A stretch of 64,000 nt of DNA from Octopus bimaculoides. Lineage: Eukaryota. The stretch lies in contig NC_068987.1 in the NCBI RefSeq assembly GCF_001194135.2, positions 49,029,405-49,093,404 on the forward strand, written 5' to 3'. Shown here in pieces: positions 38,345 through 50,850 of the stretch; position 1 is the stretch's first letter; every line of letters begins with the position of its first letter. Made by a program: the position numbers and the translations under genes. Below the pieces are notes generated by a model. The model was given only the letters and a program-made list of their open reading frames with translations, was not told where the DNA came from and made no database searches.

Positions 38345-41300
38345 CGGTGACGCCAACGCCGATGACGCTAACGCCGCCGCTGCCACCACCGACGACGACG
38401 ATGATGTAGCAAGGGGGTGTTGGAAAAGCATTTGTAAAATAAAGGGAGCAATAGTTAAAAAAGTCTGAGAAGCTTGTGGTGCGGAGAGAAGAAACTAAAT
38501 ACCATAGAACGTTTAGTTGAATGTGTTATTAGTTCTGCACCATCCCCACTGCTCTCTTGTGTTAGAATAAAACCTGAATAAAAGCTAAAAATAAAAAGAC
38601 AAACAAAAGACACTAAAAGCTACATTGACCAAACAGCTATCTATGTAGGACATCAAAAAGTACTTTAATCAGACCTGAACATATAATTTCAAACTCAAGC
38701 ATAAAACCTACTTTCTCAAATTATTTTTTGTATATACAATCATATTAATGTTTGTATTTATTTATTTATTTATAATTTTATTTCAACATAAAGATCCTTA
38801 GCTAAGATTTTATGTTTAAAATCTCCCTGGGGGTATTTGCTATAAAACTTCCAATAAGACTCAAATACCAGTTAACTGACATAAGATTTGATTAATGTCT
38901 TACCACTAGATTAATATTTTAGCATTTTATTGTTGACACTGTTATTGCCATAAATTTTCTAGACTTGTTTTTTTTTTTCCTGAAAACATTCAGTCAATAT
39001 ATTCTCTTAATTGTTTCTTATTAATATTAATATTACATACTAAAGTAAGTCAGCAAACTGATAGAATTGTTAGCATGCCAGGCAAAATGCTTAACAGTAT
39101 TTCATTGGTCTTTATGCTCTGAGTTCAAATTCCACCGAGGTGACTTTGTCTCTCTCATCCTGTAGAGGTCGATAAAATAAATACCAGCTGAAGACTAGGA
39201 TCAATGTATTGACTTGCTCCTCCCCTAAAATTGTGACAAAATTTGAAACCAATATTACATACTAAAGTAGTGAGCTGGCAGAATCCAAACAAAAATACAT
39301 TGCAAAATTTCTTCTGACTCTTTATGTTCTGAGTTCAAATGTCAACTTTACCTTTCATTCTTTTGGGGTTGGTAAAATGACGTAACAGCTGAACACTGGG
39401 ATTGATGTAATTGATTTAACCTCTCCTCTTAAAATTGCTAGCTTTAGAAAGCATTAATATTACACACTTTTTTTGTATTGAGAAAAGATGTTTCTAATGA
39501 CCTGGGTTTGTAGCAGAACTTTGAACTCTCCATTTGAACCACTCACTCTAATCTCTCAACATCTTGCATAAAATAACAGTCCTCCCTCCAATTTACTCTC
39601 TTATTTGAGAGATCTTTTTAGTCTTTCAAATTTCAGGGTGACCTCACTAGTGCTGGTGCCACAAAAAAAGCATCCAAAGCATTCTAGGCAGCCAGATGTA
39701 GGAACCATGCCAAAACTAACATTGGAGCAAGATGTGGGTCTCTGACCCATTAGATCCTGGTAAAATATTCAACCCATGCCAGCATGGAAGACAGACTTGA
39801 AAGGATGATGATAATGATTATAATGATACTGAATGGGATGAATTAACATTAATGACTAACTCTGATCAAGAAAAGCAGGGGTAACAACTCATAGAATTTT
39901 TATAAATGACACTTATGTAGATAGCAATGGGGGAGTGAGACTGGTCACTCATCAGAGAAATATACCTTGATTGCTATTTTCTGATCTAAGATGACTAATG
40001 ATGTATAATGGATTTTAATGAATGAACTCTATGTAGCAGTATTGCATATCTAGTCTAATGCACTAAGGAGATTACAGGAGTGAAACAACTAGCTAATTTG
40101 ACAAGCTCATGAGCCTTTTTTACTGCTTGTGCTTTATTGTACATTTAGGTTATACACTAAAATTCATTGCATTGCTGTTCACCTTACTGTTAGGAATAGG
40201 CACCATATTATCTGGGAATGTTATCTGCAAAAGACCAAGTTACTCTCTCAAGGGAAATTTATCTCTCAATCACTTAACACCATAAAGCTAAAGCTAAGCA
40301 CTGTCTCTTAAAAGAGCATTAGTTCTAAGAAGACTTTTCTTCTGTAGATTACTAAGCAAAATCAACAGTGATGTGGGGCCAAGAAAGAGGCTTGGTTTCC
40401 CAGGAAAGAAAAAAAAAACAAAGTACTCTAGGATGGGAAAAACATCTCTAAACATATGGTAAGTGATATTATAAAGAGGTGTGAAATGTAAAAGTGGTAG
40501 ACATAATGGTAGCTTTTAAAAGTATAAATGCTAATGTGTACACTTTGAAATTTCTAAATACTTTTACTCTAAAAGGAATGACATTCTTATATTTCTTGTT
40601 GGAATCTAAATTAATATCCTTCAGCTTACCTATCTCTTCCATGTTTAGTTGGTAAATAAATACATACAATTTTCTGTATGTGTATTCTCATTGGTACAGG
40701 TGTGGCCATGTGATTAAGAAGTTTACTGCCTAACATCATGGTTTTGGGTTCAGTCCCACTGTGTGGCATCTTGAGCAAGTGTCTACTATTATAGCCCCAG
40801 TTTGACCAAAGTCTTGTGAGTAGAGTTGATAGTTGGAAACTGAAAGAAATTTGTTGCGTGTGTGTGTGTGTGTGTGTGTGTGTTAGTGTTTTCTTGTCTT
40901 GATATTGTGCGATAGTTGTAAAATGGTTGTTATTGTCATACAAGCAATATCATAGTGTTATGATTCAGTATCCCAACTTTTATAACTTCTAAAAAAAACT
41001 TCTAGAACATTCAGCAAAACTATTTGGTTGGAATTTCACACAACTTTCTTTCAAGTGTATCTCTTTATTGGTTTCATACCACCCAATACTTATTGGTTGA
41101 ATCATGTTCCTATTGTATTGCTTTTTATGGAAATATAGCTAGGCTGTGGTTCTAAACTGGGAATCTGAGTGAGATGGTTCACTACTAGACAGAGGCCTTA
41201 TTACATGTTAATTTATTGATTGACACCTGATTCATTGTTTTCAATTTAGATGAAAACTTGATTTGATTTTATATTAGACTTCAGCATGAAGTTATTGATT

Positions 41301-42199
41301 CCAAAATTTGTAGCATTCTGCCGCAAATTTTAGGACATTTCATTTGTAAAATATTGTTCATCTAACATAACAATATATAATATTGTGACATATGTAAAAC
41401 AGTGTTTGTTTTATATGTAATTCATTGGTGTGTGCTCCTATGTAAAATGTTGATCTATATCCCTAGCTATTGATATGGTTTGTAGTTTGAAATAAAAAAA
41501 CTACTTATGAAAGTCATACATTGGGCAAGAATACAAGATGTAGCACCTATTTCAGCTGTGATTTGGTTGCCTTTAATACCAGTACTTATTTCTTGCAATA
41601 GGGCCTGTTTGTCGGTTTCTCCATCCTATCACTTGCTCTAAACCCAAATTCACACACACATATACACATATACACAGGCATGCATATATACACATATACA
41701 AACAACTGGACTTTCTTACTATACAGAGAGATGTGATAAGAGTTTGAAATATGAGTTTCAAATTTTTAAATGTTATCACATAATGCCATTATTATTTTTG
41801 ATTTTATTAAGAATTTTTGGCAGTGGTAAATTAAAAAAAAAACCCCACAATACAAAGTTTGTTTTGTGTTTTGCTGTTGAATAAGAACAAAACAAATATG
41901 AAAAATCAAAGTTCAAAATATAAAAAAAACATCCAGAAGATTCTACATAGGGCAAAGGTCAAAAGCAGCCATCAAATTTAATGAAAAAGTCAGACAGTTT
42001 ATAATAATTACTCTTTATCTTTAATGTTATTTTTTTACCCTTTTCCTGTGAATTATAACTGAATTTAAGTTATCAAATTTATTTAGTCAAATATATACAT
42101 ATGCACCCTTTTCAAATGTAATCTATGTATGATTATATATCTATGTGCATTCATGCTGATGAGTGTGTATATATATATATTTATATATTCATAAGATTG

Positions 42200-42410
42200 A
42201 AGGAGAGAAGCTGAAACGTTAGCATGCCAGGCGAAATGCTTAGCAGTATTTCATCTGTCTTTACGCTCTGAGTTCAAATTCCACCGAGATCAACTTTGCC
42301 TCTCATCCTTTCGGGATCGATAAATTAAGTACCAGTTGCGTACTGGGGTCAATCTAATCGACTGGCCCCCTCCCCAACAATTTCGGGCCTTGTGTCTAGA
42401 GTAGGAAAAT
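42200..42410 (+). mobile_element. Second SINE family; copies at 17340-17590(-), 19925-20150(-), 30590-30760(-), 37262-37480(+), 37590-37790(-), 39050-39250(+), 39270-39450(+), 59915-60120(-) and 61965-62157(+)
   Basis: Recurrent ctgagttcaaattcc (B box) followed by tcgactttgcctttcatccttt.ggggtcgataaaataagtaccagt. Confidence 0.85.
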
Positions 42411-42590
42411 ATATATTCATAATTTTCAAAAAACAAAAACTTCACCTTTTCTTGTCTTGTTTTTAACTTCCTTTAACTTCTCTTAATTTATTTAATTACA
42501 GAACTTCACTCACCTCCTTTACTTTCCAAACCTCTTCTACTAACAACATTATCTTGTTGTTTTACTGTACTATACATAGATATATATATA

Positions 42591-42634
<44 letters not shown>

Positions 42635-42829
42635 CATTTATAGATGTGTATTCTTTTTTATTGGCGCAGGTGTGGCTGTGTGGTAAGAAGTCTGCTTTCC
42701 AACCACAGAGTTCCAGGTTCAGTCTCACTGCATGGTACCTTGGGCAAGTATCTTCTGCTATAGCCTCAAGCTGACCAAAGCCTTGTGAGTGGATTTGGTA
42801 GACGGAAACTGAAAGAAATATAAACTAGT

Positions 42830-43900
42830 ATTTATTTATTCGAAAAATTATAGAACTGCTTCGAAGTGCTCAGGTTGAACCCAAGATGCTAGATAGTAAA
42901 ATATAAGTAAAATTAAGCCTTTAGGTAATTATATTAAATCTAATTAAATATGAGGCAACAATAAATGGAAATCCTTTATTCAAGAACAGCTTAATACATC
43001 TAAACAATCTAAATCTAGAAAGTGCAAAATAATTTGGTTTGCTCCACTCTTCTCCCTTGGTGTTAAAAACCTACCTAAGCTATTCTTCAAAATCCTAAGA
43101 TATAATCTTCCAAAACTTCACAAATATTATCCAATATGTAACAAATCTTCTATAAAATTGTCTTACTCCACAATGCCAAATTTGGAATGAATTATAGCAT
43201 CCATAAATAATAGTAAAATCCAATGTCAAACAAAACTTCAAACACTGATAAGAAACCCAATATAAATGTGAATAACAATAATATAAATATACCCGGAACA
43301 CCAAATGCACATAATTCAATATTAAATAACAATATTTCTCATATATCAATAGCTTTGAATCAAGTAAATCCATAAAACAGAGAAAATATGTAATTGTAGA
43401 GATACCGATTCATATCAGCTTGCAGGATTTTACCTCCACAAAAATGTGGTATATAAATGCACCGTAATATCAGATAAATACCATGCTAGAACCTATATAG
43501 GTAGTGCAATAGACTTCAAAAATAGATATAGAACTCATTTAAATTCTTTTACCAATATTAAATATAAAATTTTGACAATTCTTACCTCCTATATACATAA
43601 TCTAGGAGGTAGTAATATTAATTTCAAAATATCGTGGTCTATGCCTAACCAAGTTGATATAAAAATAGTTGATATCTAACTCCATAACTGGTGACCAGCA
43701 TAATGTAACCTTAAATGAAATTTCCTTACTCTATATATCTTTTTTTGAACCTTGCTCTCTATTTTCCTGATGAAGAGAACATTGTCTATACATGAATTAT
43801 AAAATTCACACCTTACCAAGACAAATGGGCTCCTGAAACAGCTGTAGAAAACCCCCTTACCTGCTATTATAACCCATTATATATATTTTTTAGAACTCTT
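42830..43900 (+). mobile_element. Penelope-like element, 3' part (linker, Cys motif, GIY-YIG), tentatively Naiad-type
   Basis: IIWFAPLFS...KLSYSTMPN, CNCR..., VVYKC...TYIGSAIDFKNRYRTHLNSF; hammerhead just downstream. Confidence 0.88.
43762..43851 (+). ncRNA. Type I hammerhead ribozyme with extended helix II and palindromic helix III
   Basis: UUUUC-CUGAUGA-[61 nt]-GAAA-CAGCUG-UA-GAAAA; helix I is 5 bp; ACAGCUGU is an 8-nt palindrome. Confidence 0.85.
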
Positions 43901-44315
43901 AAAACAAATATATTTCTCTGACTTTTAAATTTCTCATTTAGGTTTCTCACTGCTGTCAATGTAATCTCTAATTTTTAATTCTAAATTTTTAATTTTTAAT
44001 GCTATATTATTCCACATATTGCATTTTTTCTTGCTTGTATTTTCATGTATATTCTTATTTCATATATTTCTTATTTCTATTATATTCTTAAATAATACTT
44101 TTAATGTTCTGAATGTCTTAATGTATTTGTTGTATGAATGTATGTCATAAATTCAAGATAATTATCTAATTTTTGTTTCTTCTTTAAATTATATTATTTA
44201 CTATCATCATCATCATTATCATCATCGTTTAACGTCCACTTTCCATGCTAGAATGGGTTGGACGATTTGACAGAGGACTGGCGAACCAGGCTCCAAATAT
44301 ATATATATATATAAC

Positions 44316-44377
<62 letters not shown>

Positions 44378-44449
44378 TACACACACACATATATACATAC
44401 ATACACACACACATACATACATACATGCATACGTACATACATACATACA

Positions 44450-44481
<32 letters not shown>

Positions 44482-44929
44482 ATTGTTTATAAAATAGTTT
44501 ATGTTTATTGCTTGATCCTAGTAAAAAGGCTGCATCTAAACCTTTGGGAAATAAAACCATTATGAAATCTATGGTCAAAGTTATTCCAACCATCCTTCTA
44601 GAGTATTGCATTTCAAAGACTAATTATTCGATAAGTTCATCTGTTTTTCAAGTAGGTAATGTATAATTTGAGGCAGATTTGGCTGACAGTTTCAGCAAGT
44701 CATATGATCTTTTAGAGGCCCTCTTGTAAGTAGGTGGTATAGATAGTGTGATTCACACTTGCACACACACACACACGCACACACACAAATTCAAAAAGCT
44801 GAGATTTTTCTGCAACATATGTGCTCACAAATGCACGTGCACACACACACACATGTATACTTATCTATGTGTATGTATGTATGTAGGTATGAATGTATGT
44901 ATATATGTGTGTGTGAGTGTGCATGTATG

Positions 44930-44965
<36 letters not shown>

Positions 44966-45427
44966 TGCTGTGTAACTGAGAAATGGTTTGTGTGGCTGTC
45001 CAATATTAAGTGCCATTCTGTTGATAAGACAAACAGCACATGATAAATCAACATCTTCAACATCCTCATATGGAAGGATTTATATCTGTAAGAGATAAGC
45101 CATTGCTGTGGGTTGTGATTTGCTGAAGAATATCTGGACATCTGTTTCTCACTTACCCTTTCCTCTTTCTGTTTATATCTGCTTGTCTGTGTCTTTTTCT
45201 CAATAAATATGTATGTGTGAGTGTGAATGTATATATATATATACACATACACACACATACATACAAATTATATGTATATAAGACATGTGCACAAACACTT
45301 GCATACTGTTTGCAACAGGCAACCCTTGATATTCCAATCAATCAACCCTTTCATATAACTATGATTCTATATCCAGTTTTAGTCATTTCAACAATGAATG
45401 TTTTGTGTCATTCAGAGAGAGGGAGAG

Positions 45428-45491
<64 letters not shown>

Positions 45492-45943
45492 GAAAGAGAG
45501 AGAAAGAGGGAGAGAGATAATACCCTTCATTTGGAATTGTTAATTCATCTTGTTGCGACTCTGAGCTACTTATTTATTCACATAACAAAGAGAACACCTG
45601 TACAAATGCCCACAAGTGAGAAAACTTGTAGTGGTGACAGTGAAGCACCAGCTCTGACTGAATCCTTCTCATCATTTTAACACCTACGTTTCTATACTTG
45701 CATAAGTCAGACAGAATTTGTTGAGGTGGATTTTCTACATCCAGATGCCCTTTCTGTTACTAATCTTACTCCTTTTTAAGCTAGGTAATATTTGCCCATG
45801 GCACACATGTTTTTCATAGAAGGTTGGAAATGAACAACATCATTTGTATGATGGTGATGCTCATTCACAACCATCTCATGATGTCAACACAACAATACAC
45901 ACAAATATACACATACACATATATACATAATGTACATACATCC

Positions 45944-46088
45944 GGGTTCGGTCCCACTGCATGGCACCCGATAGAATAAGTACTAGGCTTACAAAGAATA
46001 AGTCCTGGGGTCGATTTTCTCAACTAAAGGCGGTGCTCCAGCATGGCCGCAGTCAAATGACTGAAACAAGTAAAAGAGTAAAAGAGTA
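45944..46088 (+). mobile_element. Internally deleted tRNA-CORE SINE; the same 3' tail occurs at 55070-55280(+) and 34461-34545(-)
   Basis: ccgggttcggtcccactgcatggcacc is joined directly to cgatagaataagtactaggc...gtaaaagagtaaaagag. Confidence 0.8.
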
Positions 46089-46103
46089 TACATATATACA
46101 TAC

Positions 46104-46135
<32 letters not shown>

Positions 46136-46578
46136 TACATGAAAAGGAATACAAAAAAATGGGATAAGAATGCAAAACATCCAGACAATGATATAAAAAA
46201 GGGGACAACAAAACATCCAAACAGATGATGCAAAAAAGGGACAAGAAAAAACAAGGACAGGTCATTCGGAGTTTTCTTTCCTCAGTCGCATTCCAGATTA
46301 TCTTTGTAATTTCAGCTGGTTATACTTGAGATTGCTCAATCTGGTCAGCTCCAAGGAAAAACTAAGCTAAGAACACTAGATTCCGTGGAAGAAAGCAGTG
46401 AATGTTTGCGAAAACAAGGACGGAAAAAAAAATGAAGAAATGGTACACAAATACAAATGCAAATAACAGGACATTAAGAACAGGTGTCTTAGTAACAACT
46501 AAGGACAAATTAAATTAAGCTGGCGTGTGTAAAAATGAAGCCTTATGGCAGGGACATAAGAAATGACAGGCATGGGGA

Positions 46579-46615
<37 letters not shown>

Positions 46616-46652
46616 TTTACATATAAATATATATATATATATCATCATTATT

Positions 46653-46712
<60 letters not shown>

Positions 46713-47591
46713 GTTTAATGTCTGTTTAATGTGACTGTGCATGTGTGTGTACACATACACATACATATATATGATGGACTTCTTTCAGTGTCTATCTACC
46801 AAATCTACTTACAAGGCTTTTGTTGACCTGGGGGCTATAGTGTACTACAAGGTATCAGCCTGGGGGCTATATTGTACTCCAAGGTGTCACACAGTTGGAT
46901 TGAACCCAATACTACTACTTTGGAATGCAATCTCTACAGCTGTTTCAATGGTAAAAACATCATCGTTCATATTTTTGAGGTTTCTCGAGCGAGGTGAGCG
47001 TGGCCGTTGCCAGTACCGCCTGACTGGCCTTCGTGTGGGTGACACGTAAAAGCACCCACTACACTCTCTGAGTGGTTGGCGTTAGGAAGGGCATCCAGCT
47101 GTAGAAACACTGCCAAATCAGATTGGAGCCTGGTGTAGCCATCTGGTTTCACCAGTCCTCAGTCAAATCGTCCAACCCATGCTAGCATGGAAAGCGGACG
47201 TTAAACGACGACGACGACGATGACGACGATGACGACGCAGGTGAGTCAAAAAGGAATGCCATTTTCTTTATTTCATGTGAAGTTTTTGATAAAAATAACT
47301 GAAAAATTTCCCAGTTATAAATGATTGTATCATTTATGTTCTGAAATATTTTGTTTCTTACTTTTCAGGTTTTTAGACTGGTAAGAAAAATTNNNNNNNN
47401 NNNNNNNNNNNNNNNNNNNNNNNNNNNNNNNNNNNNNNNNNNNNNNNNNNNNNNNNNNNNNNNNNNNNNNNNNNNNNNNNNNNNNNNNNNNNNNNNNNNN
47501 NNNNNNNNNNNNNNNNNNNNNNNNNNNNNNNNNNNNNNNNNNNNNNNNNNNNNNNNNNNNNNNNNNNNNNNNNNNNNNNNNNNNNNNNNNN

Positions 47592-47940
47592 GAAACCCCT
47601 GTGAACATTCACCGATGATTACAAAATGTCTTTGAAGACAACACTTTAGATTCTAGCAATATATGCAGGCAGGTCCATCGTCTTAAAGATGAAAAGGTGG
47701 GAACTGTGAGTGTAGCTGATAAACCTCGTTCTGACCATCTGTCCACTTCTGTGGATCCTGCCAATAAAGAAAAAGCAGATGCTCTGATCAAAGAAGACAG
47801 GCGCATAACTCTTGATGAGTTGGCAGAAAACCTTGAAGTGAGCCATGGAAGTGCTTACAACATTTCCGAATCACTTGGCTTTTCAAAAGTGTGTACCCGT
47901 TGGGTACCAAGAGAGCTGACAACCAAATGCAAGACTGACA
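47592..47940 (+). mobile_element. Mariner transposase N-terminal fragment; its 5' end may start at 47238, before the gap
   Basis: LIKEDRRITLDELAENLEVSHGSAYNI...LGFSKVCTRWVPRELT (WVPHEL-type motif). Confidence 0.88.
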
Positions 47941-47970
47941 GTGTCAATGCCTCACTGAAATTCTCGAACA

Positions 47971-47994
<24 letters not shown>

Positions 47995-48002
<8 letters not shown>

Positions 48003-50760
48003 CAAACACCATGTCTCCATCCCATACAGCATTGCAGCTCTCACACAACTCCTATATACCTTTCCTTTCGTCATCAATGAGAACCTTTTTCCATATAATA
48101 ATGCTCTACATTCCCTGAACTTCACTCAGCCAAGTCTCACTCTTTCTGCCACAGCTGCTTCACATCCAATACTTACATCCACCCTATCTCCCAAATAACA
48201 AAACCCCCTCACTGTCTCCATCTCATCACATAGTGTTTCCACTGACTTCACCAGCCCTCCAGTTCCTTTCTCACATCTTCCACAAACAAACTCTCTTACC
48301 AGTCTTGAGGTTACCTTCTTCATTTTCGTACATCTACCATGAATCCATTTCTCACCTCTTGTACACAACACCACATTTGCCATTACCCTCCTCCTGCATA
48401 CACCACCTTACTCACTAACACTTCTCCTTGCACCCCCCTCACAATCACCTTTGTCTTCCTGAGGTTTACCTTCAAACCCTTGCTTTCAAACGCCTCCTTC
48501 CATTTCCAAAACTTCTCCCTCAATTCTTCCATTGTCTCACTCATCAGAACAAGGTCATCCGCATACAGCTTCTCCATTATAAATCCCTCTATTGCACTTT
48601 CTGTCACCACATCAACCACTATTGCAAACAACAATGGTGACAACACAGATCCCTGATGCACACCAACTTTCACTGCAAACTCCTCCAACAGCTCTGATCC
48701 AATTCTCACTCTTGTCTTTAACCCCTCTTAACCATCGCTGCTCTCATTATTACCTCTAGTACATCTCTCTTCCTCAATGCCCACTCAATCACCTTCCTTG
48801 AAACCCTATCAAATGCCTTCTCCAGATCAATGAAGCACATGTACAACTCCTTCCCCTTATCTTGGTTTTCTTCTTTACAATGAACACTGCATCTATTGTC
48901 CCCCTTCCTGGCATAAAACCAAATTGCATCTCATCCACGTCCACCCTTTTCTGAATTCTATTCTCCAGCATCCTTTCCATTACCTTCATTGCATGCTCCA
49001 GTAACTTCACTCCTCTAAATTCCCCACAACTCATCGCACCCTCCTTCCCTTTGAAGATCAGTACCACCACACTTAGTGCCCAATCATCTGGCATTCCTCT
49101 GCCATCCAGCATGCCCTGGCAGTGCTCCATCATCACAACAATCCCTATCTCTCCACTTGCAGTTATCATTTCCACACTTACTTCTGAAGGACCAGCTGCC
49201 TTTCCTGTTTACATTTCTTTCATTGCCTACACTACTTCTTCCTGACTAACCATCTCCACTGGCCCCTTTACCACAGCAACTTCCAGCCTCTGATTCCATT
49301 CATTCTCCTCATTCATAATTCCCTCCATATACTCCTTCCAGACTCTTCCCCTGTCTTTCTCACTAAAATTCAACCTTCCATCACTCCCCCCCCCATGCAT
49401 CTTTCTCCCTCAACATCTCTTCCATCGTTTTTCATTAATTTAATAAACCTAAACACTCTATCTGGGTTCTCATCCAACCCGTTCAACCTCTCCTCAGCCT
49501 CCTTCCTCATAGATCTCACAACCACCCTCTCTGCACAATTCTTCATGTTATAACACCAGGCTTTTATTTGCTCAGTCCTATTATTGCATAAAGCTTTGTG
49601 CGCTTCCTTCTTCCTTGCTATCGTATCCCTCACCTCCTCATTCCACCACCACATATTTCCTCGATCTCTCCTACCCTTTGTCCTTCTACACACTTGTCAC
49701 ATGCCTTTAGTACCCCTTCTTTAAAAGACTTCCACAAATCCAGTGCATCAATGCTTACCAACTCCCCAACTCTCTCCTCAAACCTTGCTCTTGTTTCTTC
49801 TTCCTTCAGTTTCCACACTTTTCTCCACTCAACCGTTCCCTTTTTAACTTCCTTCTTCTCCAAGTCAGCAACCACCAACCTGTGCTGCAACTCCCCTGGT
49901 ATTGTCTTCACATCTCTCAGATATTTTCTGTTTTTCCTGCCAACCAACACAAAATCAATCTGTCTCATTCCCTCCTGCACAGAAAGTCACCTTTGTTTTT
50001 TCTGTTTTCCTAAACCATGTATTTGCCACACACAACTCTTTCTCATTACAAAACTCTAACAGCATCTTTCCTTCCAAATTTCTCTCCCCAATTCCATTTC
50101 CCCCATGCACAGCCTCAAAGCCCTAGATCCATTTCCCAACATATCCATTAAAATCAACCATGCCCAAAACCAATTCATCTAACTTTTGTTACTCCCACTC
50201 ATTCACCATTTCATCAAAGAACTGCTCTTTCTCAGCGATCACTCTTCCACTTTGCAGACCATTCCCACAAATCACCCTCTCCACTTCTTCCTCAAATGTT
50301 AACACTACTGTCATCACTCTGTCACTCTTTATCCTGACCTCCACCACCATCCCACAGATTTCTTTCTTTGCCAAAACTCCCACACTTCCAGTCCCCCCTG
50401 CTATTTGCTGACCACCACAACTTATACCTTCTTCCCTAAACCATCACAAATCTTGCGCTCTGGCCCCTCCACCTAACCTCCCGCACACAGCACATGTCTA
50501 CCCTCCTCATCCTCAATTCCTCACACACCTCAGTTCCTCTTTCATACAGACTGCCCACATTCCAACTTCCCAACCTCACTCCAAGCTTCTCCTATGGCCG
50601 TCAGATAATGACGCAGCCATAATAACAATGTAATGATCCAACAATCTCTTCATGAACTAACAATCAATATTCCAAATGAACTAACCAACCACACCTTCCA
50701 ATTTCACTGCAAACTTAACTTGTACTAAAACACAAACTTTACTCTGACTTTTTCTCCAAT
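47995..50760 (-). mobile_element. Older, distinct RTE LINE with APE endonuclease and RT, near full length but 3'-truncated
   Basis: LGSWNVGSL, VEVRIKSDRVM, QIDFVLV, FRGVKLLEHAMKV, QFGFMPGRGTIDAVF, HQGSVLSPLLFA, YADDLVL. Confidence 0.93.
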
Positions 50761-50850
50761 GCAAGGCACATACAATAGTCCATCACAATGATAAAAAGGT
50801 AGGGAGCCAATGTATCTCCCTGAATCACTCCAGCCAATATCTCAAAGAGT

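Noticed and set aside
43185-43190. In-frame TGA in the PLE as selenocysteine
   Set aside because: Not at a Cys-motif position and consistent with CGA>TGA decay; the Cys codons that remain in both PLEs are TGT or TGC, not TGA.
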